Below, piece by piece: positions 28,432 to 38,140 of a stretch of 38,442 nt of DNA. Positions within the stretch are counted from its first letter, which is position 1; the number at the start of each line of letters is the position of its first letter. The stretch spans positions 1-38,442 of the IMG/VR virus record IMGVR_UViG_3300030433_001259; one strand, written 5' to 3'. Below the pieces are notes generated by a model that was not told the origin of the DNA, ran no database searches, and saw only the letters and a list, made by a program, of their open reading frames with translations. The DNA comes from a virus. Lineage: Duplodnaviria > Caudoviricetes. The translations under genes were made by a program, and so were the position numbers.

Positions 28432-28467
28432 ATAAAAATATAAGGGCGATACGTGACCGCCCTTATA
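28432..28467 (-). terminator. Rho-independent terminator after the major capsid gene
   Basis: Inverted repeat TATAAGGGCG...CGCCCTTATA (28439-28467) followed on the - strand by TTTTTATT. Confidence 0.8.
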
Positions 28468-28478
28468 AATAAATAGTC

Positions 28479-30011
28479 TTACTTCATTAACATAAAGTTG
28501 TTAGCACCTTGAGTGATCAAACATCTTTCAGTTAAAAAGTGAAGTTGCATTGCATCAAGCGCTGATGTAGCAGCTCCAACAGAACCAGTAGTCCAAGTTT
28601 TCATTTTTCTATTGTCTGTTTGAGAAGCTCTAAACCTAACGTGTAAGAAAGGTCTTTTCATGCTTGAACCTACAGATTGGTCGTATACAGTTGATACTCC
28701 AGCAGGAATCATAACACCTCTAATAGCATTCGATCCAGCAGCATCGTTAATACCACCTCTTGTAGCTTTATCATTTAAGTATCTAAAGTCAGATTTGTAG
28801 AAGTCATAAGAACCTCTTCTAAATCCTGAGAAACCTAAATTTAACGCCATGTCTTCGTCGTTGTCAAATACTCCGTAAGAAGTACCTCCAGCTCCGTAAG
28901 AATTCATTGAAGCTAACATGTCATCAATAGCTAAACTAGTTGATCTGTTTACAAACATCATGTATTCTTCAATAGCACCTTGCTTGTCAAACTCAGCTAA
29001 TATAGCATCGAACTCAGCCAAATCAGTAGCAGCGTTAACACCAGTTACACCAGAAGTAATGTTACCTCTTGATTCAATAGCATCAAATAAACCTTGAGTT
29101 CCGTGAAGAGCTCCAGAGTAAGTAGCTGATTCACCCTCTAAGTAGTCATCAACTAAGTCATCTGCAGCAACCTCAGCACCAGACATAACGTCTGAAGCAT
29201 CACCACCCATTTTTGCTTCTAACATTGCCATTTCAACGTAGTCGTTAAATCTAGCTCTAGTGTCAGATTCAGCTTTTAAGTACCAAAGATACCCTGACTG
29301 TCCTTGCTCAGATGAAACTTCTACCCAACCGATTTTTGAAGTGTCAGATCCTGATACTTCGTAGTAGTCTTTCATAATAATTGGTTTATTAGTAAAAGAT
29401 TTAAAACCTGGTTGATTAGCTTGTCTTGTATCGAGACCTTGATAGTTATCGCCTTTTCTGTACTCAGAACCGTAAACTAATACAGTAACAGAATTAGCAC
29501 CTTGATTGTCAGTGAAACCAGCAGCGTTTAAAGTAGCTCTACCATAAGGAGCAACCTCAATAACGTAACTTGATCCAACATTAGTTTTAGTAACAATACA
29601 TTTTGCTACTGCTTCTGATGAAGCAACAATAACAGTATCATTTACTCTAATACCATGCTCGTTGCTAGATAAATCATTACCATCAATATCTTTAGCTAGT
29701 GTAATTTGCCCACCAGCTACAGTACCAGCATCACCGTCAGTAATCTGTCCAGTATATGATAAGTGTAATCTACCTTGTTCAGACCACACAACTTGATCAG
29801 CTTGCATAGCTTCTTCCGCTCCAACTTTAGATAAGAAACCAGAAATAGTTCTCGGTCCGAAAACTTCTGCTTCTCTCTCCATTAGATCAGGAATGTATTG
29901 TTGGCTCCAGCCAGCATTTGCGCTGTTGGCTAGATCCAAATAGTTTGATTGTAAAGTTTGTTTAGTAACCGATGGCGTACTATTTAACAAACCTCCATTT
30001 GTAATTGCCAT
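28479..30011 (-). CDS. Major capsid protein (HK97 fold expected)
   Basis: 510 aa after portal and scaffold. Motifs VVWSEQGRLH, NKPIIMKDYYEVSGSD, LGFSGFRRGSYDFYKSD and HFLTERCL...GANNF recalled from Bacteroidota podophage MCPs; followed by a terminator. Confidence 0.85.
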   Translation of the reverse strand: MAITNGGLLNSTPSVTKQTLQSNYLDLANSANAGWSQQYIPDLMEREAEVFGPRTISGFLSKVGAEEAMQADQVVWSEQGRLHLSYTGQITDGDAGTVAGGQITLAKDIDGNDLSSNEHGIRVNDTVIVASSEAVAKCIVTKTNVGSSYVIEVAPYGRATLNAAGFTDNQGANSVTVLVYGSEYRKGDNYQGLDTRQANQPGFKSFTNKPIIMKDYYEVSGSDTSKIGWVEVSSEQGQSGYLWYLKAESDTRARFNDYVEMAMLEAKMGGDASDVMSGAEVAADDLVDDYLEGESATYSGALHGTQGLFDAIESRGNITSGVTGVNAATDLAEFDAILAEFDKQGAIEEYMMFVNRSTSLAIDDMLASMNSYGAGGTSYGVFDNDEDMALNLGFSGFRRGSYDFYKSDFRYLNDKATRGGINDAAGSNAIRGVMIPAGVSTVYDQSVGSSMKRPFLHVRFRASQTDNRKMKTWTTGSVGAATSALDAMQLHFLTERCLITQGANNFMLMK

Positions 30012-30035
30012 AATATATTCTTTTTAAATTATTAA

Positions 30036-31232
30036 TTATTTTCTTTTTCTAATTTTAAAAGATCTGTTTTTCATCTCAGAAGAAGATTCGCCTAAAGCTC
30101 TAACTTTAATCCCACCGACGTTTACTTCGCCGTGTGTTTTTCTAGGTTCAACATTTATATTTTTATCTCTTGCAATTTGCCCTTTAATAGCATCTGCTTT
30201 GCCTTGTTCATAAAAATGTTTAGCTATAGCATCAGGATTCATAGCAGTAAATAAAGACTTGTGATAACCAGCTGCGTCTTCAATAGTAACATTATCTTCG
30301 CCAACAAACTTGTTTACGAAATTATTAAGATCGCTTTGCGTTGTCTTTACTTTATCAACATCTTTAACATTAAACCTATATCTTTTGTCTCCAACATTAT
30401 ATTCAAAACCTTTGAAATTTTGTCCAAAGAAACTATCAGTTTTATTTAAAAATGTTCTCTTGCTCTTCTGCGTAATCTTCTTTTGATTTTCAGAATCTTC
30501 ATTATATTTATGATAAAAATTAATTGCCTCCTGTTGTTCAGGTGTCAACTTTGACCCAGCTTTAATTTCATCATAGTACTTAGACTTTTGCCCGTCTAAA
30601 TAGGCTTTAGCCTCGGCAACTTGCTCTTTAAGGGCTATTTTCTTTTTACGTATTGTTTTATCGTCGTCAACTTCTTCATCAACACCAAATGTGTCTTCTA
30701 ATAAAAAATTTCTTTCCTCAGCTGTTAAATGAGGTTTAGACATTTGGTAGTATTCATCTAATACGTCAGAGTCATCCATTTCGCTTACGTCTCTGTTTAA
30801 TCTTACATAGTCGTTTATATCACCTCCAGTTTCATCCATAAAATCTACAAGCTTTTGTATATTTTCTGGCAAAGGCTTTCCGGTAGCTACAGTTTCTTCA
30901 ATTGCTTGTTCTACTTTTTGTTCTACAACTTCTTTATCTTTTAAATCTTCTACAGTAATTTCTTCTATTACTGGAACTTCTTCATTTGTTATTTCTTCTG
31001 TAGGCTTTTCTTCTATGTTTACTTTTGTTATACCTTCCTCTTGTTTTTCAATAACAGGTGGTGGTTTATCTAAATCAACTTTTATAACGCCTGGGTCGTC
31101 GGCGCTGTCAAATTTAGATTCATCTATTGTATTTTCAACAACCTCTTCTATTGGTTGCTCTGTATTATCCTCTGTTGTCTCTTCAACGGAGTCAGTTGTT
31201 TCTTCAACAACTTCTTCATTTTGTTCTATCAT
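30036..31232 (-). CDS. Capsid scaffolding protein (putative)
   Basis: Very acidic E/T/V-rich N-terminus, helical core and basic C-tail; located between portal and MCP. Confidence 0.65.
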   Translation of the reverse strand: MIEQNEEVVEETTDSVEETTEDNTEQPIEEVVENTIDESKFDSADDPGVIKVDLDKPPPVIEKQEEGITKVNIEEKPTEEITNEEVPVIEEITVEDLKDKEVVEQKVEQAIEETVATGKPLPENIQKLVDFMDETGGDINDYVRLNRDVSEMDDSDVLDEYYQMSKPHLTAEERNFLLEDTFGVDEEVDDDKTIRKKKIALKEQVAEAKAYLDGQKSKYYDEIKAGSKLTPEQQEAINFYHKYNEDSENQKKITQKSKRTFLNKTDSFFGQNFKGFEYNVGDKRYRFNVKDVDKVKTTQSDLNNFVNKFVGEDNVTIEDAAGYHKSLFTAMNPDAIAKHFYEQGKADAIKGQIARDKNINVEPRKTHGEVNVGGIKVRALGESSSEMKNRSFKIRKRK

Positions 31233-31251
31233 AATAAAATTTTATAAAATA

Positions 31252-33654
31252 TTAAACTTCAAATTTATCCATATTCGCTCCTCCCGTAAGTATATCATTA
31301 CCTGACGATTCAAACTTTTTAAGCGGTTGACCTTCAGTTTTTTGAGCGTTTCTTCTATCAATCATTTCCATTTGTCTAGCAGCTTGTTGATCTATTCTTT
31401 GATCTCTTCTATCTTCTCTCATGCCTTCAACTTGATTGTTATTTTGCTGTTTCATACTTTCTAATCTAGAGTTTAAATCAAACTCAAACTGCATAAGTTC
31501 TTTTTTTGATTGAACCTCTTGCTGTAAGTATTGTATTTTCATTTGGTTTCTTGTTTGCTCTAGCTGTGCGTCAATTTGCATTTTTTGTTGGTTCTTTTGC
31601 ATTTCAGCTTGCGCGGCTGCCTGCTGTGCCTGTTGATTAGCTTTTGATTGAGCCTCTATGTTTTGTTGCTGCAACTGCTGATCTCTTTCTTGTTTCTTTC
31701 TTCTTTTTACTTTTAATAATTGATTAGCTAGTTTTAAGTTTCTAACATTACGTAAATCAATAGCATCATCTAACTCAATTGTTTTTTGCTGTAATGCTGC
31801 TTGTATATTATTTTCTAATATAGCTTTTTCTTCTTCATCTGGCATTAACTCTATAAATATACCAAAGTCATATAAATGCAACTCACTCATCTCACTTAAT
31901 GTAGCTACATTATGAGCACCAAGCGCTCTTATAAAAGCTTCTTTAGTCGGTGAGTATTCTATTATGTCTGCTATACGAAGTGACAAACACTCTGCAACCT
32001 CAGCCGTTATGTATAACATTGATTGTAATATATGTCTAGTTGCCGTATTAGAATTAGCAGCTGCTATTTTTTGTACACCAACTAAAGCGTTTCTATCTGG
32101 CGTGCTAGCATCTCTTGCTTCATTTAACCCGGTTGTATCTCTTATCATTTGCAGATAATAGTTATAGTTTTGAATTAAACTTTGCATCTTACCACTATTA
32201 ACACCATTATTAATTTGCTGTATAGGTACTTTACCAGGATTACCATCACCTTCTGAAGTAAAACTTCTACCAACTACACTACCAGTTTGGAAGAACATGT
32301 TTAAAGCTTCTTGCGGATTGTAATTAGTGCCATTACCTAAGTCAACCTCAGCTAAACCATCAACATCAAGATAAACACCGTCTGGTACCATACGAGCCAT
32401 TACTTGCTGAAGCTTTAAGTGAGTTAATTGTATCATATCAGCAAAGCTAGTTATTCTACTTACTAATGATTCTATTCTACCTTCATACATTCTAGGCGCT
32501 ACAATTTGATAATTCATTTTAACGCTACTAAACTCAGAATCAGTACGCATCATATTATCACACATTCTCCATCTTAATATTCTATCAGCGCCCACTAAGT
32601 AAACACCTTCATACAAGACTTCAATAACTCTTTCTAGTTTCTCAAAATTACCTTCTTTATTTTCAGGAGGATTAAACGTATCATCTTTTTGTATTACCTT
32701 TTCACCGCCAGCAGCTGTAGTTTTTAATTTATAAACATTATTCATATGTGTCTTGTAATTAAAATAAATTACTTGCACTTTGTTTTTGTCGTCATTTTTA
32801 TTATAGTTATATGGATAATGTCTTTTATCTGTTATGTCTTTTATATCTTCTTCTGTTAACTCAGGAAATTCTTTTACTAATTCATTTATTGGTAGGTCAA
32901 CTACTTCACCAACATAATATATATCATCAAAATAAGGCGAATCAGTGTAAGAATAAACTAAATTAGCTGGATCAACATATTCAGCTTTTGCCCCACTACT
33001 AAAATCAAATGTAGTTTTTGTAGCACCAATACCTAATACAGTTAAATCATATAAAACTCTTCTTCTCACTAAATCATAATCACTGTTTTCCATTAGCACA
33101 TTCAACGCTTGCTCTTCAGCTAACTCTACAGCTTGCTTATAGTTAAGCTGCATATGTAGTTGTAATTCCTCTTCTGTATCTGGTAATGTGTCAGGATCGT
33201 TTTCATAAAGATCTATATCAAACAATTCTTTAGCTTTATCATTAAAACCTCTTGTTTGCATGTCACGTAATAAAGACTCCATATACTCGGTTCTTTTACT
33301 TACGCCATACTGGTCTTGTGAAAAACAATTTATTTCGTAATTCCTTTGTGCCATACCGTTTACAACAATATCAACAAACTTAGGAATAATTGGAACAGGT
33401 TTCCAATCTAAATTAAGGTATGATAAATCACCATTTATAGATAATTCATTTTTATATTTTTGAATTGATTGCTCGCCTCTAGCGTATAAGCGTAATGTAT
33501 GAAAGTTGTTTTTATAACTATTGTATTTAGACGTGGTTCCAGAAAACCATTCGTGCCTTATTGCTCTTGCTACTTTTAATCCATACTCTTCGCTAAGCTT
33601 TTCTAAATCGCTAACTGCTTGTGATGGGAAATTTATAGAGTGTTCTAGTCTCAT
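31252..33654 (-). CDS. Portal protein
   Basis: 800 aa directly after TerL; LDWKPVPIIPKFVDIVVNG, IRDTTGLNEARD and a long Gln-rich C-terminal coiled coil (P22-like barrel). Confidence 0.85.
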   Translation of the reverse strand: MRLEHSINFPSQAVSDLEKLSEEYGLKVARAIRHEWFSGTTSKYNSYKNNFHTLRLYARGEQSIQKYKNELSINGDLSYLNLDWKPVPIIPKFVDIVVNGMAQRNYEINCFSQDQYGVSKRTEYMESLLRDMQTRGFNDKAKELFDIDLYENDPDTLPDTEEELQLHMQLNYKQAVELAEEQALNVLMENSDYDLVRRRVLYDLTVLGIGATKTTFDFSSGAKAEYVDPANLVYSYTDSPYFDDIYYVGEVVDLPINELVKEFPELTEEDIKDITDKRHYPYNYNKNDDKNKVQVIYFNYKTHMNNVYKLKTTAAGGEKVIQKDDTFNPPENKEGNFEKLERVIEVLYEGVYLVGADRILRWRMCDNMMRTDSEFSSVKMNYQIVAPRMYEGRIESLVSRITSFADMIQLTHLKLQQVMARMVPDGVYLDVDGLAEVDLGNGTNYNPQEALNMFFQTGSVVGRSFTSEGDGNPGKVPIQQINNGVNSGKMQSLIQNYNYYLQMIRDTTGLNEARDASTPDRNALVGVQKIAAANSNTATRHILQSMLYITAEVAECLSLRIADIIEYSPTKEAFIRALGAHNVATLSEMSELHLYDFGIFIELMPDEEEKAILENNIQAALQQKTIELDDAIDLRNVRNLKLANQLLKVKRRKKQERDQQLQQQNIEAQSKANQQAQQAAAQAEMQKNQQKMQIDAQLEQTRNQMKIQYLQQEVQSKKELMQFEFDLNSRLESMKQQNNNQVEGMREDRRDQRIDQQAARQMEMIDRRNAQKTEGQPLKKFESSGNDILTGGANMDKFEV

Positions 33655-35888
33655 ATTTTATTTTTAATTATCTGTGATGAAAATCCTTTATTATTATATT
33701 TTGATATATTTAAACTTACCACTTGCCTTTTTAAATCTGGATTTGGTCTGTATAAATGTCTATTGCAAGCCATTATAGCCAAACCAGAGCTTATTGAAGC
33801 ATCATACTTAGTTCTTCTAGTTATATCAAATTTAGACCAATCATTTAAAGTATTATTAAAATACATTGTACCATAAGTACCATCTTGTAATAATCCAACA
33901 TGGTCGTTGATATACATTTCAATAGCGGCTGCATGGGCTTGTTTTATGTCTTCGCTTGAGTTGGGTATACCACCAACTTCTTTTTCTGCTACTGATAATT
34001 TGTTCCAAACTTTATCAGGCCTATTCATACTAAAGCCTCTATATCCTCTTCTTCTTAAATAGTATAATAATCTTGGTTTGTTATTCTCTGCAAGTATCGG
34101 CATGCCATAAAAGACTAATGCCATTAAAACGTCTTCAAAAAATATTTCAGCCGTTTGTGGTCTTGCTATATATTCAAGGAAAAAAGTATTTGCTGGAGCA
34201 TCTTCCATTGAGAATTTAGTTAATCCATGCAAAGCACCTTTCGATCCTTTACTATCTACTGTTCCAGATATATCGTATGAGTCACAGCCAAAAGCGCCCA
34301 TATGTTCATTGCCTGGATATCTTACGCCATTTTTTAATATAACGTTATTTTGTAATTTATTACCTGGTACCCAACTTATATTAAATCTACCGTTGGGATT
34401 TGGGTTAAATGTAACCAGTGTGTCTTTCTTTCCATTTAGCCATTGAAAGTTTCCAGTTGTTATTACTGAAGAGTTTTTATTTCCTTCATTATAATCTACT
34501 TGCTCATATATTTTTATAAGATTAAATAAACTATTTTTTGTCTCATCTCTAAATGCGTGCTCTTCAGTTCTAGGAAATTGTCGATAAAACTCGTTTAAAG
34601 CATCTTGATCGTCTTTTAAACCTTCAGCTTCATTTTCCCAATGATCTATAACACCTTGATCTATTTCTAAGCCGTGAGGATCAAACGATGATTTGCTAGG
34701 AGTGTTAAACACGGGTTGTCCAAATTCATCAATAAATCCTTCATAGTTCCATTCCATAGGGATAAACAAAGAATATAATCCTGACTTAGTCTGTCCATTG
34801 CGATTTCGTTTTGTAACATCTGAATTATTATATAAGTCTTTAAAATTATCACCACCTTTATCAAGTGAGTTACTAGTACTTCCCATCATACATTTACCAA
34901 CTACTCTACTACCTAATCGTAAGCAGGTTTTTGTAACTCTCCAGTTGTTCTTTATATTATCAGGTCTTTCCCACTTACCACTTTCATCGTGAACTAATAA
35001 GTTTAACTTTTCACCGTCATAACTATTATCACCTGTATTTTTCCAGTCTATAGTTGTATCAAGCCCTTCAACGTCGTCCATCTCCTCACGCTCACGTATT
35101 TTTCTACGAGTAAACTTTTTAGCAGGTACCCTGTAAGCGAGCTCGGACTTTGGTCGGTCCATACCGTCCTGTATTGGCTTGAAGAAGAAAGGATAATTTA
35201 AACTAATAGGCACTACTTTGTCCGTAAACATTTTCTTTGCATCAGCACCAGTCTTAGATAATATACCAAATCTACTATCACTAGCTAACGTAGCTAAATT
35301 AACAGTTTCAGCTGAACTCATAAAAGAAAAACCAGAACGTCTATTTTTTAAATAACACATCCCGTAACTTCTTTTATCTGCTTTACAAGCTTCCCAGAAT
35401 ATAAAGAATAATCTATTAGCTTCTCTATAATCTGGTGCACCTACATCTATTTTACTCCACTGTAAATACATGTAGTGTGTTCCTGTTATGTAGGTTGGTT
35501 TACCGTTATTCATAAACCAAAAACCTTCTTCTCTTCTTTTAAACTCTTCGTCTATATACTCGTAATGATCTTGTTTAAAATCATCTGGATAATCTTGCCA
35601 ATCAAATACAGTTTTTATTTTTTTAAAAGCAGGGTTAGCTGGAAATTGTTTCCACTTTTGCTCTGACTTTATATTACTACAACTATATATTTCTTTAGGT
35701 TGCTTAGGCAAAGCTATTTGTAAACCTTGTATTTCTATAACGTCACCTATTGTTCCAGTCTTAGATATAACAACTACATCGTTTTCTTTATTATATCCGT
35801 ACTCCCACTTCTTACTTTTATTTAATCTTTTAATAGTATTTAACCTTATTGGTTCTACTATTTTGTACAAGCTTTGTTCGTATTTCAT
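33651..35888 (-). CDS. terL: Terminase large subunit
   Basis: Walker A-like YLKNRRSGFS, Walker B LLVHDESGKW, coupling motif GSTSN, RNase H-like nuclease AFGCDSYD and C-terminal YDASISSGLA. Confidence 0.9.
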   Translation of the reverse strand: MKYEQSLYKIVEPIRLNTIKRLNKSKKWEYGYNKENDVVVISKTGTIGDVIEIQGLQIALPKQPKEIYSCSNIKSEQKWKQFPANPAFKKIKTVFDWQDYPDDFKQDHYEYIDEEFKRREEGFWFMNNGKPTYITGTHYMYLQWSKIDVGAPDYREANRLFFIFWEACKADKRSYGMCYLKNRRSGFSFMSSAETVNLATLASDSRFGILSKTGADAKKMFTDKVVPISLNYPFFFKPIQDGMDRPKSELAYRVPAKKFTRRKIREREEMDDVEGLDTTIDWKNTGDNSYDGEKLNLLVHDESGKWERPDNIKNNWRVTKTCLRLGSRVVGKCMMGSTSNSLDKGGDNFKDLYNNSDVTKRNRNGQTKSGLYSLFIPMEWNYEGFIDEFGQPVFNTPSKSSFDPHGLEIDQGVIDHWENEAEGLKDDQDALNEFYRQFPRTEEHAFRDETKNSLFNLIKIYEQVDYNEGNKNSSVITTGNFQWLNGKKDTLVTFNPNPNGRFNISWVPGNKLQNNVILKNGVRYPGNEHMGAFGCDSYDISGTVDSKGSKGALHGLTKFSMEDAPANTFFLEYIARPQTAEIFFEDVLMALVFYGMPILAENNKPRLLYYLRRRGYRGFSMNRPDKVWNKLSVAEKEVGGIPNSSEDIKQAHAAAIEMYINDHVGLLQDGTYGTMYFNNTLNDWSKFDITRRTKYDASISSGLAIMACNRHLYRPNPDLKRQVVSLNISKYNNKGFSSQIIKNKI

Positions 35889-36157
35889 TTTGATCTACCT
35901 TCTGCAAAGCCTTTAAACTTAACTTCTTTTTTTTCTTCAACTTTACCTTCAAGCATATTCTCTTCTTCGTTTATACGATTAAGTATTTCAAAAGCATCGA
36001 ATATAGCTAGTTTCTTTGTGGCTGCAGCGTTCTTTAATCTATCAGCTGATATATCATCATCACTATCAACTATAGGCTCTTTAGCAACTTTAATAAGTTC
36101 TTCAACTGCTTTTTGCCCAGCTTGGATTATATTCTTCTTCGTTTCCTTGATATTCAT
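35885..36157 (-). CDS. Small helical protein, probable terminase small subunit
   Basis: 90 aa, helical, ATGA overlap with terL; function inferred from position only. Confidence 0.5.
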   Translation of the reverse strand: MNIKETKKNIIQAGQKAVEELIKVAKEPIVDSDDDISADRLKNAAATKKLAIFDAFEILNRINEEENMLEGKVEEKKEVKFKGFAEGRSK

Positions 36158-36680
36158 ATTTAATTGTAATAAATTTATTCATAACTCTATATAATCTTTC
36201 TCCGTTTATAATAAACTCATACTCCATGCTAGGTGCAAATCCTACTAAATCATTTATGTTAAAACTGCCATCAGAATATTTAACTACACCTACTAATGGT
36301 CTTTCTGTTTCAGCATTAAATTTATCTATAGCTTTTAATGGTTTTACAAAACTAAACCCAGGCATAGCTTTGTTATTGTATAAATATATTTGATCTTCTG
36401 ATATTATATATTTATTTTCTTTCCAGTATGATCTACTATTTTTTTCTCTACCTTTAACATCATGCCATCTTCTAAATATGTTATGATGTACTATTACTTC
36501 ATCACCTACATTAACAGGTGATTGAAATAATAGTGGAGTAGCGATAACCTTTGCAAGTCTATTTATATATTGATGATTAAATATTTCAGTGTTTAATATT
36601 AGTTCTTTGTCATCAACTCGTACACTGTTATTATACCTATCACCAATAGGCTCGATAATATAATCTTTGTAAGCATTCAT
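36102..36680 (-). CDS. GroES-like co-chaperonin with two tandem GroES-like domains
   Basis: EPIGDRY...AKVIATP...VNVGDEVIVH and a second unit FVKPL...GVVKY...INDLVGF...EFIINGERLYRV resemble GroES strands. Confidence 0.6.
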   Translation of the reverse strand: MNAYKDYIIEPIGDRYNNSVRVDDKELILNTEIFNHQYINRLAKVIATPLLFQSPVNVGDEVIVHHNIFRRWHDVKGREKNSRSYWKENKYIISEDQIYLYNNKAMPGFSFVKPLKAIDKFNAETERPLVGVVKYSDGSFNINDLVGFAPSMEYEFIINGERLYRVMNKFITIKYEYQGNEEEYNPSWAKSS

Positions 36681-36904
36681 TAATATTCTAAGTTATACTC
36701 TACTGATATAGCCATATTCTTATTAAAGTCTTTCCAAGGTATAACAACCTTGTCTTTTCTTATGTATATAGAATACTTATCTTCTTCTTCTACTATATCG
36801 CAAATTTTGTGCCCACCATAAACTTCTTGATCTACAGCGTAGTGCATAGAATCGTTTTTGTAATCTTTACCTATTGTTATTTTTCTAATGATATTATTTT
36901 TCAT
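36680..36904 (-). CDS. Hypothetical protein (74 aa; likely start at ATG 36904 rather than 36985)
   Basis: MKNNIIRKITIGKDYKNDSMHYAVDQEVYGGH...; the shorter start avoids a long overlap with the upstream gene. Confidence 0.6.
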   Translation of the reverse strand: MKNNIIRKITIGKDYKNDSMHYAVDQEVYGGHKICDIVEEEDKYSIYIRKDKVVIPWKDFNKNMAISVEYNLEY

Positions 36905-37166
36905 TTTTCTTTTTATTAATAGTTCCATCAACAACGTTAATATCAAAAGTGCCATATTCTTTTGAAAACATATCCTGCATATCAATTATCTTTTTTTGAG
37001 ATAATCCTAATTCGTGTAACAAGTTATGTTTTTGTCCTTCTAGTTGCCCTACTTTAAATTGTAGGTTGTTTACAACATTAACAACTTCTTGCAGTTGTTT
37101 TAAGTGTTCATCAGATATTTTATCTACCTCTGGTTTTAAGTCAACCAACTTTTCTTTTTTACTCAT
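36894..37166 (-). CDS. Small coiled-coil protein
   Basis: 90 aa with heptad-like Leu/Gln pattern, ending EYGTFDINVVDGTI. Confidence 0.6.
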   Translation of the reverse strand: MSKKEKLVDLKPEVDKISDEHLKQLQEVVNVVNNLQFKVGQLEGQKHNLLHELGLSQKKIIDMQDMFSKEYGTFDINVVDGTINKKKNEK

Positions 37167-37191
37167 TTTATTTTATTTTATTTAATTATTA

Positions 37192-37545
37192 TTAAGGACA
37201 GCGTGTTACTCTAGCTACAACACCAGCTTTGTATTCTATGCTATAGTATGTTCCTCTATCTACAGCTTTAATATGCTTATTAGCTTGAGTTAATATAAAC
37301 CTATCATTTTCTCGTTGTTTAGTATAAATTTTTTCACCAACACCAGGAAGCCCAGAGCTACCATTATGATAATAAGTTACATTAACGTTAGAGTTGTGAA
37401 GAGGGCAAGCCGCACTGCCTTGCAAAGCTGAACCTTGAAAGGCTATAAAGCCTGAAGCTGCTTTTACTTCTTTAAATCTTTTGTTTATTACAGATATACT
37501 TTTACCTTTAGCTTGGCCTAAACTACGACTATTACCTAATCCCAT
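37192..37545 (-). CDS. Hypothetical protein, probably minor virion protein
   Basis: 117 aa, MGLGNS start and YYHNGSSGLPGVGEKIY segment; 1-nt overlap with the upstream gene. Confidence 0.55.
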   Translation of the reverse strand: MGLGNSRSLGQAKGKSISVINKRFKEVKAASGFIAFQGSALQGSAACPLHNSNVNVTYYHNGSSGLPGVGEKIYTKQRENDRFILTQANKHIKAVDRGTYYSIEYKAGVVARVTRCP

Positions 37546-38138
37546 TACTTACCAAAATAAACTATTACTCTACCAGCATCTAGTAATAAAGAACTATATC
37601 TTCCATATATAGTACATCCAGCTGGTATAGTATCACTATTATCCATTGTCAAACCACCTCTACCAGTACTATTGTTAGGATGAAAAAATCCTACTGTTTG
37701 TGAGCTAACGTTATGAGCAGCTGACATAGTTACAGTAGTTGCCCCGTCGTAAGCTGCTACAGTTGTAGGAGCTGTTAAGCTAACTGGTATATCATTATCA
37801 CCCATTGACTCTATTATCATACCAACACTTATATCTGAATTAGCAGCACCAAGCGTTAGTGTAGTACTAGATCCAGATGTTGATGCAGTTGATGTAGTGT
37901 CACCAGTGTCATTAGCGGCATTAGCAGTATTGAAAAACTCTGGGGCAGCAAGTCTACCAGACTCTGTTACAGATACTAATCCAGTTGCATCAGCAGTAAA
38001 AGCTGTAGTATCATCTAAAGACGTTATTGCTATTATAACCATTCCTTTTGGAGCTCTTAATGGTACAGTTGTACTATCTGTTATTGCGCTACCTAATTGC
38101 CCGAAGTTATACGCAACTCCTTGTGAATTTATTCCCAT
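37545..38138 (-). CDS. Thr/Ser/Gly-rich virion structural protein
   Basis: 197 aa with C-terminal TIPAGCTIYGRYSSLLLDAGRVIVYFG and a central beta insert. Confidence 0.55.
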   Translation of the reverse strand: MGINSQGVAYNFGQLGSAITDSTTVPLRAPKGMVIIAITSLDDTTAFTADATGLVSVTESGRLAAPEFFNTANAANDTGDTTSTASTSGSSTTLTLGAANSDISVGMIIESMGDNDIPVSLTAPTTVAAYDGATTVTMSAAHNVSSQTVGFFHPNNSTGRGGLTMDNSDTIPAGCTIYGRYSSLLLDAGRVIVYFGK

Positions 38139-38140
38139 AA

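Noticed and set aside
36905-36985. N-terminal extension of the 101-aa ORF
   Set aside because: It overlaps the upstream gene; the ATG at 36904 is the more plausible start.
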